Shown here: in pieces, positions 10,407-18,635 of the stretch | Layout: each line of letters begins with the position of its first letter | How positions within the stretch are numbered: position 1 is the first letter of the stretch | Source: a virus | Taxonomy: Duplodnaviria; Caudoviricetes | DNA length: 47,117 nt | Reading direction: 5' to 3' (one strand) | IMG/VR virus record: IMGVR_UViG_3300017911_002034 | Span: 1-47,117 of that record | The notes under the pieces: model-generated | What the model was told of the DNA's origin: nothing | The model's input: the letters and a program-made list of their open reading frames with translations, nothing else | Database searches by the model: none | Translations under genes and position numbers: made by a program

Positions 10407-11087
10407 ATGGTTACAATACATACATTACTTTATGGTGACAAATACACATATGATGATGTGAATCGCATCGCCGCATCAGTTTCTAACATAGATTGCCGCT
10501 TTGTTTGTCATACAGATCAAGGTGAGAAACTTCGTAAAGACGGCCTTTATGAGAATATTATTCTAAGATGGGCTGATACTGAATTAGGCACATTTAATAA
10601 AGTAGATATTTTGGGTCAGGATTGGGGTCACTCACTATATCTTGATTTGGATGTTGTGATACAAACAGAGGATTTATCAAATTATTTTACATTTGATAAT
10701 TGTATATGTAAAACTTATTGGAAACCTGAAGGTTTTGAAGCTGAACATGGTGGGGGAGATTTTAACTCAAGTGTAATGTCATGGATGGGTATATCAGGTC
10801 TACCAATAAAAAAACATTTTGAAGAAAATCCTTACAAGTGGATAAAAAAATATAATGGTTGTGATGACAAATATCTTTTTCACGAACATAAGAATAAGTT
10901 CCAAGTTTATCCATTGGGAAATATTTACTCCTATATGTTTGGTATTGACCACAAGACAGATGTAAGTCCCCGTGGCAGAAAGTATAGACCCGAACCCGGT
11001 ATTTGTTTATTGAATGGACAAGATCGTTTTGACTTTAACTTAAGGACTGATTACTATTCTCACTTTTCTAACAATAAAGTGGGGTGA
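10407..11087 (+). CDS. Glycosyltransferase-like protein (GT-A fold)
   Basis: N-terminal YGDKY, FVCHTD, DXD motif YLDLDVVI and FNSSVMSW; paralogous to the next three ORFs. Confidence 0.75.
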   Translation: MVTIHTLLYGDKYTYDDVNRIAASVSNIDCRFVCHTDQGEKLRKDGLYENIILRWADTELGTFNKVDILGQDWGHSLYLDLDVVIQTEDLSNYFTFDNCICKTYWKPEGFEAEHGGGDFNSSVMSWMGISGLPIKKHFEENPYKWIKKYNGCDDKYLFHEHKNKFQVYPLGNIYSYMFGIDHKTDVSPRGRKYRPEPGICLLNGQDRFDFNLRTDYYSHFSNNKVG

Positions 11088-12444
11088 TAAATATTCCGCG
11101 GAGTATGTAAATAACTTATATGGCATGATTGATGCAAACTATGTCAATCAATTTCGTATGGTTTGTTTTACAGACGAATCCGAAAATATCCGCGAAGAAG
11201 TAGAAGTTCATCCCATTCCAGATATTGAACCACTACACCCAAAGTATTGGTTCGGTATAGAGAACTATTGCTGGGATCGAGCGAAGTTCTTAGTATTCAA
11301 TGCACAGAAATGGTTATCAACTGAAGGTCCTTTTTGTTATTTTGACTTGGACATCGTAATACAAAATAGTATTGATGACTTTTATGAATTAGCATTTGAA
11401 CCTCATATACTTTATACACATTGGCAAGCCGAAGGTAATCTGAAAAATAGAAGATTCAGAGATATTAGAGGCACATATTTTAATTCGAGTTGTATGCTTT
11501 GGTGGGCAGATCAACCGAAAAAAATATATGAAGATGTTATAAGTAATCCTGATATTTTTAAAGTGTTTTATAAAGGCACAGATAATTATCATCAATGGCG
11601 CCGCCCTGCAGGCGGTGATTTTTGGAAGTTTCTACCTAATAGTTACCATTATAGTTATAACTATCAGGATGCCAACTATGATGCTAAACTTGTTTTGTTT
11701 AATCAAAATGTAATTGCAGATGAAGATACTGTCAGTCTTTCAGAGTGTGAAGATGCAGCTATACTAAATCATTGGTATGGTAAATATGACATGTATAAAG
11801 AATTACCTACTCGTGTTGTATTAGAGCTCACGAATAAATCCAATGATACAGACAATAAGTTCAATGATATATTTGTTGAGAATGATGAATTGTCTTTGGG
11901 AGATGTAAAACGTATCTTTAAAAACTACAAACTAGAATATGTAACGTTACTTAGAACATTAACAAGTCCTGCTAGGTGTGAAGATTACAATAAAATAATA
12001 GATTGGTTCTCGGAACAAGGTGCAGAAGTAATTATGCCTTCTATAGATGTTGTTGAGAATAGATTTATTGAAGAGCTAAGTGGTGAGGATATTGCTAAGG
12101 ATGTTACTAGAGAAAATGTAAGAGAGTTTACACAAACACATGAATATAGAAATATTACAAAAGAAGAAAAATGGATTATTGACTGTGAGGCGAGAAATGA
12201 TAAAAGCATATATGTCAATGCTAAAGGACAAGTGTTTCCCTGTTCATATGTTGCTCGGGATGTATTAGAAAATAGATTGTATCCTTTACATCCGATTGAC
12301 TATCCTTATAATGATAAATATAATAACGCCAAGTCTTTCGCGTTGAAAGACATTGTTTATAATGATGACTTCGAGCATTATAATGAAAGTCTCAAAAAAG
12401 ACCATTTGAAAATTTGTAAAGAGAAGTGTGGAAGATGCGTGTAA
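11056..12444 (+). CDS. Glycosyltransferase-like domain fused to a degenerate radical-SAM/SPASM-like C-terminal region
   Basis: GT motifs KWGDKY (upstream of the ATG at 11125), CFTD, YFDLDIVI and FNSSC. The C-terminus has IDC...IYVNAKGQVFPC...CKEKC. Start is uncertain (ATT 11056 or ATG 11125). Confidence 0.7.
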   Translation: MLTFLTIKWGDKYSAEYVNNLYGMIDANYVNQFRMVCFTDESENIREEVEVHPIPDIEPLHPKYWFGIENYCWDRAKFLVFNAQKWLSTEGPFCYFDLDIVIQNSIDDFYELAFEPHILYTHWQAEGNLKNRRFRDIRGTYFNSSCMLWWADQPKKIYEDVISNPDIFKVFYKGTDNYHQWRRPAGGDFWKFLPNSYHYSYNYQDANYDAKLVLFNQNVIADEDTVSLSECEDAAILNHWYGKYDMYKELPTRVVLELTNKSNDTDNKFNDIFVENDELSLGDVKRIFKNYKLEYVTLLRTLTSPARCEDYNKIIDWFSEQGAEVIMPSIDVVENRFIEELSGEDIAKDVTRENVREFTQTHEYRNITKEEKWIIDCEARNDKSIYVNAKGQVFPCSYVARDVLENRLYPLHPIDYPYNDKYNNAKSFALKDIVYNDDFEHYNESLKKDHLKICKEKCGRCV

Positions 12445-13235
12445 ACTTTGTATGTGCTAAATGGGGCACCAAGTATGGACCACATTTTGTCAATCGGTTA
12501 TGTAATATGGCTCGCCGCCATTGCCCTGATCAGTTTGACTTTCACTTCTATTGTTACACTGATGATAGTGCTGGCCTTCAATCTGATATCAAGGTTATCC
12601 CTTTTCCAGATATTCCGAACATCCATCCTAAGTATTGGTTTGGTAGCGATAATTTTAAATACGGAATGGCTCGCTGTTGGGATCGTCCAAAAACTTTCGT
12701 ATTTAACACACACAATTTCGCAGACGATAAACCAACTGGGCGTTTCGTTTTTCTAGATCTAGATGTAATCATTCAAAACGACCTCACCCCTATCATTACA
12801 TACAATATGGAACAACCCACTAAGATGCGCTCTTGGTGGCAAGATCCTCGCCCTATGAACACTCGCCGTTTTAAACTATCTCACGGTGCGTTTACAAATG
12901 GTAGTTGTCAGGTATGGAGTGATGACCAATGTGAACCAATCTGGGAAGATGTATTAAAGTATCAAGATAAAATTTGGTTCACATATACAGATGGCACTGA
13001 TAATTACCACAGTTGGAGATGGCGTGAGCTATGGGACTACTTTCCGAGCTGGATGGCTTACTCTTATAATCGTGGTCGCTCATGGGATGAAGATGATTTG
13101 AATGTCGGTATATATCGTGAGAACTGTATTCTTTGTGTATTCAACGTAGATCTATTGCCATTTGAAGACGCTTCTCGGGGTAATACTAAACAGGATGAGC
13201 TTGCTGATCCTAAGTTGCTGGAGCATTGGCAATGA
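12435..13235 (+). CDS. Glycosyltransferase-like protein (GT-A fold)
   Basis: CAKWGTKY, YCYTD, FLDLDVII, NGSC, GTDNY and SYN. Shares HPKYWFG...CWDR with the upstream paralog. Likely ATG at 12435. Confidence 0.78.
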   Translation: MRVNFVCAKWGTKYGPHFVNRLCNMARRHCPDQFDFHFYCYTDDSAGLQSDIKVIPFPDIPNIHPKYWFGSDNFKYGMARCWDRPKTFVFNTHNFADDKPTGRFVFLDLDVIIQNDLTPIITYNMEQPTKMRSWWQDPRPMNTRRFKLSHGAFTNGSCQVWSDDQCEPIWEDVLKYQDKIWFTYTDGTDNYHSWRWRELWDYFPSWMAYSYNRGRSWDEDDLNVGIYRENCILCVFNVDLLPFEDASRGNTKQDELADPKLLEHWQ

Positions 13236-13906
13236 ATATCTATACTGTAAAATGGGGAACAAAGTATAGCTCGGAATATGTAAATAAAATTGCATATGAT
13301 ATTGCGGCTGACTTCCCAGAAGCAGATCGTAGGATGTATTGTATCACCGATGATCCTACTGGTCTTGTAGATTTTGTTGAGCCTATATTAATTCCTGAAG
13401 ATAACGATCTCGAAAAGTGGTGGAATAAAATGTATTTATTCTCACCCCTTGTAGAACAAACAGGTGAAAAACTTTTCTTTGACCTCGATATTTTGATACA
13501 ACATGATATTACCGCCTTTGAAAATTTTAACCCGGAAAACTGCTTGGGTATTGTAAAAACTTGGTGGCATGATTTGGAACGTATGCGTGAGGAAACTAAA
13601 CATGTTCCTCATAAGTTTAGTGACATCAACTCAAGTATTTTACGTTGGAATGACAGCTTTGATGGAGCAGAGCTGTGGGAATACTTTACTAAATATAAGA
13701 AACAAATTATGTGGCACTATCGAGGCATCGATAACTTTTTATGTGATAAACATGTAATCCCAATGAAGCTATTTCCGCTTGGCTGGGTCTACAGTTTCAA
13801 TCAAGGTTATATCTATCCACAAGACACCGAGAAGCACGTTTATCGCGAGCTTCCTTATATTTGTTTATTTGACTCTATGGGAAATAGTGAAGATGTTAAA
13901 ATCTAA
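13232..13906 (+). CDS. Glycosyltransferase-like protein (GT-A fold)
   Basis: KWGTKY, YCITD, WWNK, FFDLDILI, INSSILRW and GIDN. Confidence 0.78.
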   Translation: MNIYTVKWGTKYSSEYVNKIAYDIAADFPEADRRMYCITDDPTGLVDFVEPILIPEDNDLEKWWNKMYLFSPLVEQTGEKLFFDLDILIQHDITAFENFNPENCLGIVKTWWHDLERMREETKHVPHKFSDINSSILRWNDSFDGAELWEYFTKYKKQIMWHYRGIDNFLCDKHVIPMKLFPLGWVYSFNQGYIYPQDTEKHVYRELPYICLFDSMGNSEDVKI

Positions 13907-14561
13907 TTTTTTGAATAACTATAAGTTTTGGGGTGAGGCTCTACATTTTATTGAGTCTAAAGCGCCACATAAACTTACAGATATGCGCCAGTGTTTTGAA
14001 AAAAATCACGTTGAAGCGGCGGAGTGGCTTGTAACAGAATTACAAAAGAACATTGATAATTGTGCGAGGCAGGAAAAACTTAAAATCCTCGTTCTCAATT
14101 CTTGGTTGGGCTTACCACTTGTTCCACTACTATGTGAAAATATTGACATAGGTGAATTACATCTTGTAGACTTAGACCAGGAGGCTCTTGACCTCTCTAA
14201 ACTATTTCATAAGCACTACTCACAAGAAAAGTTCATCAAGATGCGACATCATTGTTTAGATATTCCATTTGCTTTTGAGGATCTAAATAAAATTGATGCT
14301 GATGTTGTGATTGCAATTAATACAGAACAAATGTATCCTCTGACAGAACTTGAAACAAAAAATCCTATGGCAGTTTTTGCTTGCCAAAATAGCAATGTAA
14401 TTGAAGAAATGTATGGCATTAATTGTGTCAATTCTATTGACGATCTTAAAAAACAAATTGGTTTGGATGATGTTTATTATGAGGGGCAAAAAGAACAAAC
14501 ATATTATGACTGGTCGGGGCAAAAAAAGTTTGACCGATTTATGGTAATAGGATCTAAGTAA
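13893..14561 (+). CDS. Class I SAM-dependent methyltransferase-like protein (possibly degenerate)
   Basis: Rossmann-like ILVLNSWLG, acidic LVDLD and DVVIAINTEQM. Likely start MLKSNF at 13893. Confidence 0.5.
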   Translation: MLKSNFLNNYKFWGEALHFIESKAPHKLTDMRQCFEKNHVEAAEWLVTELQKNIDNCARQEKLKILVLNSWLGLPLVPLLCENIDIGELHLVDLDQEALDLSKLFHKHYSQEKFIKMRHHCLDIPFAFEDLNKIDADVVIAINTEQMYPLTELETKNPMAVFACQNSNVIEEMYGINCVNSIDDLKKQIGLDDVYYEGQKEQTYYDWSGQKKFDRFMVIGSK

Positions 14562-15162
14562 TATCCTCAATCATCATTTTCCACATATTTTTATCAGGAA
14601 TAACAAATCCTAATGTAATTCTTGGGCCGCCGCCGGCGCAATGCCAAAAAGGTTCATTCTGATCACCATAATATCCTACTTTAGCTGACCACCCAGGCCA
14701 GTCAGGTAAAGTGGTGATACTTACACCGTCCCAATATTCAAAGTAACCATCTCCCATATTGTAATTAAAAAGAATATTATATCCTGGAACATCCCAATTA
14801 TTATGCCAGCCCATATAACCATCCTCAGGATAATAAACATGAACAGCACTTTGTTTGGCACCTAAAAATTTAACTAATTCATCATTAAATCTTTCAGACT
14901 CTTGTTTAAATTTTTTTGGTGATCTTGCACCTGGTCCAAAGTGAACATTGCGAATTACCTCAGGGGGGCCATGATGTTCATTCTCTCCCTTACCCATAGG
15001 TTTTTTTAACATTTCTTTTAGATATTCATAGGATTGAGAATGTTCCTTATCAGAACTACCTTTTTGATCTACATACAGTTCAGTAAGATCTTGGGAAAAA
15101 AACCAATCACTATGGCGATTTAAAATTTCTAAAATTTCATCATTTAGATCTATAAATTTCAT
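14554..15162 (-). CDS. 2OG-Fe(II) oxygenase-like (cupin) protein
   Basis: YYPEDGYMGWHNN...FWHCAG...RITLGF gives a His-x-Asn...His...Arg pattern. Confidence 0.6.
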   Translation of the reverse strand: MKFIDLNDEILEILNRHSDWFFSQDLTELYVDQKGSSDKEHSQSYEYLKEMLKKPMGKGENEHHGPPEVIRNVHFGPGARSPKKFKQESERFNDELVKFLGAKQSAVHVYYPEDGYMGWHNNWDVPGYNILFNYNMGDGYFEYWDGVSITTLPDWPGWSAKVGYYGDQNEPFWHCAGGGPRITLGFVIPDKNMWKMMIEDIT

Positions 15163-15853
15163 TAGATTCTTTCTTGCTCGCTGGCAGTGTATAGTGTATA
15201 ACTACAGGTTCCTTACCTTGTAATTCATCGTTTCGATAACCCTGAACAAAATTCCATCTAGCATCTGGTTGTGGAAACTCTCCCACTTTAACATTAAAGT
15301 TGCCATTAGTCAAGAGATTCCACATTGTAAAGGTATCCCAAGGGCGAACCTCCTCGGGATATGGAGTAGGATCCCAAGAAGGTGTTCGTTGCTCTAAATA
15401 CCAATCATACCAACTATCCATAAGTTGTTTGGTTGTAGAGGTTCGATAGAGGAACAAACCACAATGGTAAATCATTTCTTCTGTTTCAGATAGTTTTGTA
15501 ATCTTTGCATTATAGGGGCGGTTTCTTGTAAACAAGATATCATTATCCCCTAGCAAATCAAACACTTCTGAAATATCCTCGTGTTCTACCAGTGTGTCGC
15601 AATCGAGATACAAAGTTACATCATAAGGCGACTTTGACAATGCCCAGAGTTTTGCTCGGATATGGTCAGGAACATCTTCTGTATGGATATATTCAAAAGT
15701 ATTTCGCGCTTCGTCATCTACCCATTCTTCATGTGTAAAAAGAGTAATCTTAGCTTCTGGATAAAAATCTAGTAAGGATTGTGCTGAGTGTAAAGCTGCA
15801 TAGTAATATACTTTATTTACAGTAGCAACATAAAGATAACCATTATTTTTCAT
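15140..15853 (-). CDS. Glycosyltransferase (GT8-like nucleotide-diphospho-sugar transferase)
   Basis: GYLYVA, SAQSL, K...SPYDVTLYLDCD (DXD), HCGLFLY, RWN and IHY. Confidence 0.78.
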   Translation of the reverse strand: MKNNGYLYVATVNKVYYYAALHSAQSLLDFYPEAKITLFTHEEWVDDEARNTFEYIHTEDVPDHIRAKLWALSKSPYDVTLYLDCDTLVEHEDISEVFDLLGDNDILFTRNRPYNAKITKLSETEEMIYHCGLFLYRTSTTKQLMDSWYDWYLEQRTPSWDPTPYPEEVRPWDTFTMWNLLTNGNFNVKVGEFPQPDARWNFVQGYRNDELQGKEPVVIHYTLPASKKESNEIYRSK

Positions 15854-16277
15854 TTGCCAATGCTTCCTGAATCAGCAGGGTTGCATAGGTTTGAACTTCA
15901 ATAGGTGTTTTCGACTTACGAAGTCTCTTTTTAAGTTCCCGATTATCTGAAGATTTAATTTCCTCAATTTCAAATGCTTCAAGTTTCATATTAAAAAGAA
16001 TTTCTTGTTTTCGCCTGACAGCATCAGCTTCAGCTCTTTCTTTACGAACTTCATCTTCACGTTTACGATATTCATGATGTTCCGCTGTCAGACGATCTAA
16101 TTCTTCTTCACCATACATTTCTAATACAGCATCATAATCAGGATTATCACCATCCTGTGCATTGATGTGAACAATTGCATATTCGCCATTACCCTGCAAC
16201 ATACGGCAAACAAGTTGTCGATTAGCTTTATTTTGCCAAATAGGATTTTTATATTTAGGTAGATTTTCCTCGGACAT
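15843..16277 (-). CDS. Putative tail-fibre assembly chaperone
   Basis: N-terminal KNPIWQNKANRQLVC recalls Tfa-type chaperones. It has a charged helical C-terminus and lies directly downstream of fibre-like genes. Confidence 0.4.
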   Translation of the reverse strand: MSEENLPKYKNPIWQNKANRQLVCRMLQGNGEYAIVHINAQDGDNPDYDAVLEMYGEEELDRLTAEHHEYRKREDEVRKERAEADAVRRKQEILFNMKLEAFEIEEIKSSDNRELKKRLRKSKTPIEVQTYATLLIQEALANEK

Positions 16278-16308
16278 TATATAGACTCCATAATATAATA
16301 TTGTATTT

Positions 16309-16316
16309 TATTTATG
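16309..16316 (-). promoter_or_regulatory. Late-promoter variant CATAAATA upstream of the chaperone/GT/oxygenase genes
   Basis: One mismatch to TATAAATA, about 30 nt upstream of the 16277 start. Confidence 0.5.
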
Positions 16317-17388
16317 CAATTCTTACAAACAGTTTTTTAGACTCAGCTGTAGAAGATGTGCTGATGATAGTCAGACCATCGTAGTATCCTGTGTAAGTTC
16401 CTGAATAAGAACCATCGTAATAGCCTACATACGATCCAGTATATGAGCCTGTATAGGCACCCGTATATCCTGTAGGACTTTGAAAGCCGCTCCAGGAAGG
16501 AAAATATGTGCCACTGTATGTGCCATCATAAGTTCCCGAATAAGTGCCTTCATAAGAACCAGTATAGGAACCTGTATAGGAACCAGCATAAGCATATGTA
16601 GCTGTATCTTTCACTTGGTCTGTAAGTGTTTCACCCATTTGTTGCCAAGTGCCGCCGCCTGTTGGAGACGCTGTAGATACTTCATATTTACCAATATTAT
16701 TAGCTGCAATACGATTACGGAAACGGCCTTCTAATGATTGAACATTAGCTTCAGTCATTTCTTGAACCGATTGGTCATCAGAATTTTTTACAGGGACTCT
16801 GTATTGTGCATCACTAGGAACTGTTGTTACCGCAGTTTTTTGCCACAAATATTTAGTTGTTGTTGTGCCATCAACTTGTGTATCGTCGATTTGACCACGA
16901 GAAGTCCAGGTGCCTCCTGAAGGAGCAGTAGCAGCCAACCAATATTGACCGCAAGTATTATCTGTTTGATCGACCATTGCTTTAATACAAAGGTCAATAA
17001 TTTCAGAATCAATTTCGGAATCTGAGGATTGTTCTAAATTTCCCGAGGAATTAATTCTTAAAGGACTTGCATCCTTACTGTCAGTTGCAGTAGCCGTGCC
17101 CTGTGAGAATGTATATGTATTAACGGTTGATGTTGCACCATCTGTAGGGTGAACGCCTACGCCGTCATCTCGAACAGTATCTGTAAATGTTCCAACACTA
17201 GTAAAGTTTGCTGGTGCACCACTTGTATCTACACGCAAAGACCCAACACCAGTAGAACTTGCAAATTGTGTTGTTAGAATTTCCGCAGTTCTTACTTTAA
17301 TTTCAGCATCAGTAAATTCCTGCAATCCTTGAAAAACATCAGTTGCAATGTTGACGCCGTCATGTTTTATTCTAACTGGACCAGCCAT
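16312..17388 (-). CDS. Virion fibre/adhesin-like protein with C-terminal YxG(S/T) tetrapeptide repeats
   Basis: Thr/Ser/Gly-rich, with an internally duplicated G(K/Q)Y...P(S/T)GG.TW...D unit. It follows the structural genes on the same strand. Confidence 0.6.
   Translation of the reverse strand: MAGPVRIKHDGVNIATDVFQGLQEFTDAEIKVRTAEILTTQFASSTGVGSLRVDTSGAPANFTSVGTFTDTVRDDGVGVHPTDGATSTVNTYTFSQGTATATDSKDASPLRINSSGNLEQSSDSEIDSEIIDLCIKAMVDQTDNTCGQYWLAATAPSGGTWTSRGQIDDTQVDGTTTTKYLWQKTAVTTVPSDAQYRVPVKNSDDQSVQEMTEANVQSLEGRFRNRIAANNIGKYEVSTASPTGGGTWQQMGETLTDQVKDTATYAYAGSYTGSYTGSYEGTYSGTYDGTYSGTYFPSWSGFQSPTGYTGAYTGSYTGSYVGYYDGSYSGTYTGYYDGLTIISTSSTAESKKLFVRIA
16375..16590 (-). repeat. About 15 degenerate 12-bp units encoding YxG(S/T/Y/A), split by a central FPSWSGFQSPTG segment
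   Basis: YAGS YTGS YTGS YEGT YSGT YDGT YSGT Y-FPSWSGFQSPTG-YTGA YTGS YTGS YVGY YDGS YSGT YTGY YDG. Confidence 0.92.
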
Positions 17389-17397
17389 AATATATCC

Positions 17398-18441
17398 TTA
17401 GTTTAATCTTGTGCCGCTTGAATCATAAAGTGCGATTGGACGCATAACTTCCCAATTTGTTGCATCCTTACAAACAAGAGTCATGGAAGTTCCAGTCGGA
17501 AGATCCTTAGCCGCATTAGCAGAACCCCCATCAATGGTATCAGAAGTATCAGGATAAACTTTAATATCATTAGATGTTGTATTGTAAATTTCTACTCTAA
17601 GGCCGGCGACCGCAGTTTTAAGTTTTACACCCTGACCAGCAGTTGCAGTTGTTACAATATTAACTGTTTCAGTTAGTGCCGTAGCATCACCCTGTGTTGA
17701 ACCAGCCGCAGTAATAGAATCCGTTACACCATATTTCAAATCACCTGACAATGTTGTTGTGCCTGTTACACTCAAGTCACCCTGTGTTGCAATATCACCA
17801 TCAGTGGCTACAGTAAAGTTTGAGCCGTTTACATCAATACCACCATCGAGTGAGGCTAAACCATCTACATCCAAAGTGCCTGTTGTATCAATATTACCCG
17901 ATGTGTTTGCAACAGTGAAAGCACCATCTACATCAATACCACCATCGAGTGAAGCAAGGCCGGAAGCATCAATAGTTGTGGAAACTACTGCATCACCTTC
18001 GTCTGTTGTTTGGAACTGTGTTGCACTGATACCTACAAAATCTCGACCTTTTTCGGGACCCAAATCTAGCGCAGTATTAGCAGACAAATCGTTAATGGAT
18101 TCACCTGTTTGAGGGTAAATTTTAACTGTTGCAGTTGTAGAATTAAACACTGTAACACGAACGCCTGCCGCACAATCAGGAAGTTTAACGCCCTGGTTAG
18201 CAGTTGCAGTATTAATAATGTTGTAAGTTTTTGTCAGAGCAGTTGCAGTGCCTTGTGTTGTGCCTGCCGCTGTGACGGAAGCATCAACACCAACAATAAA
18301 ATCACCCGAAACAGTAATATCGCCTACTGTAATGTCATCATTAGCCTGAAACTTATCTGAGTTCAAGTTAGTAAAGTTAGTATCCACTTCGGTATTTGTA
18401 AGCGGAGAACCTTTACCAGCACGAGTTGTAAGTGTTGACAT
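17398..18441 (-). CDS. Tail fibre-like structural protein with a duplicated domain
   Basis: N-terminal TRAGKGSPLTNTEVDTNFTNL is typical of phage fibre proteins. Two copies of TAAG(T/S)TQG.ATALT...QGVKL...G.RV...N.T....K.YP flank GLASLDGGIDV repeats. Confidence 0.65.
   Translation of the reverse strand: MSTLTTRAGKGSPLTNTEVDTNFTNLNSDKFQANDDITVGDITVSGDFIVGVDASVTAAGTTQGTATALTKTYNIINTATANQGVKLPDCAAGVRVTVFNSTTATVKIYPQTGESINDLSANTALDLGPEKGRDFVGISATQFQTTDEGDAVVSTTIDASGLASLDGGIDVDGAFTVANTSGNIDTTGTLDVDGLASLDGGIDVNGSNFTVATDGDIATQGDLSVTGTTTLSGDLKYGVTDSITAAGSTQGDATALTETVNIVTTATAGQGVKLKTAVAGLRVEIYNTTSNDIKVYPDTSDTIDGGSANAAKDLPTGTSMTLVCKDATNWEVMRPIALYDSSGTRLN
17830..17952. repeat. 24-bp exact direct repeat TACATCAATACCACCATCGAGTGA at 17830-17853 and 17929-17952
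   Basis: The copies are 99 bp apart and both encode SLDGGIDV. Confidence 0.85.
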
Positions 18442-18446
18442 TTTTG

Positions 18447-18632
18447 TTACCTATCCAAAATTATTTTTAGGGCCTCTTTTATATCAGCCAAGTCTTGTTT
18501 TAAAGTATTTATATCATTACAAACTTCTTCAATACGAGCAGATTGTTTTTTTCTTGCTTTATAGGCAGCCAAACCAGCATGATCTGTGTTTATAAGAGCA
18601 CCTGTATCGTTTCGTTTGAATGTATGGTCCAT
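18447..18632 (-). CDS. Small coiled-coil hypothetical protein
   Basis: Tightly packed between structural genes; heptad-like C-terminus INTLKQDLADIKEALKIIL. Confidence 0.7.
   Translation of the reverse strand: MDHTFKRNDTGALINTDHAGLAAYKARKKQSARIEEVCNDINTLKQDLADIKEALKIILDR
18506..18513 (-). promoter_or_regulatory. Late promoter TATAAATA upstream of the fibre-like gene (inside the small ORF)
   Basis: Exact match about 65 nt upstream of the 18441 start. Confidence 0.5.
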
Positions 18633-18635
18633 TTA

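Noticed and set aside
16375-16590. Repeat tract as a CRISPR array or a diversity-generating retroelement variable region
   Set aside because: The repeats are degenerate, in frame and lack spacers. There is no second template copy or reverse transcriptase in the window.
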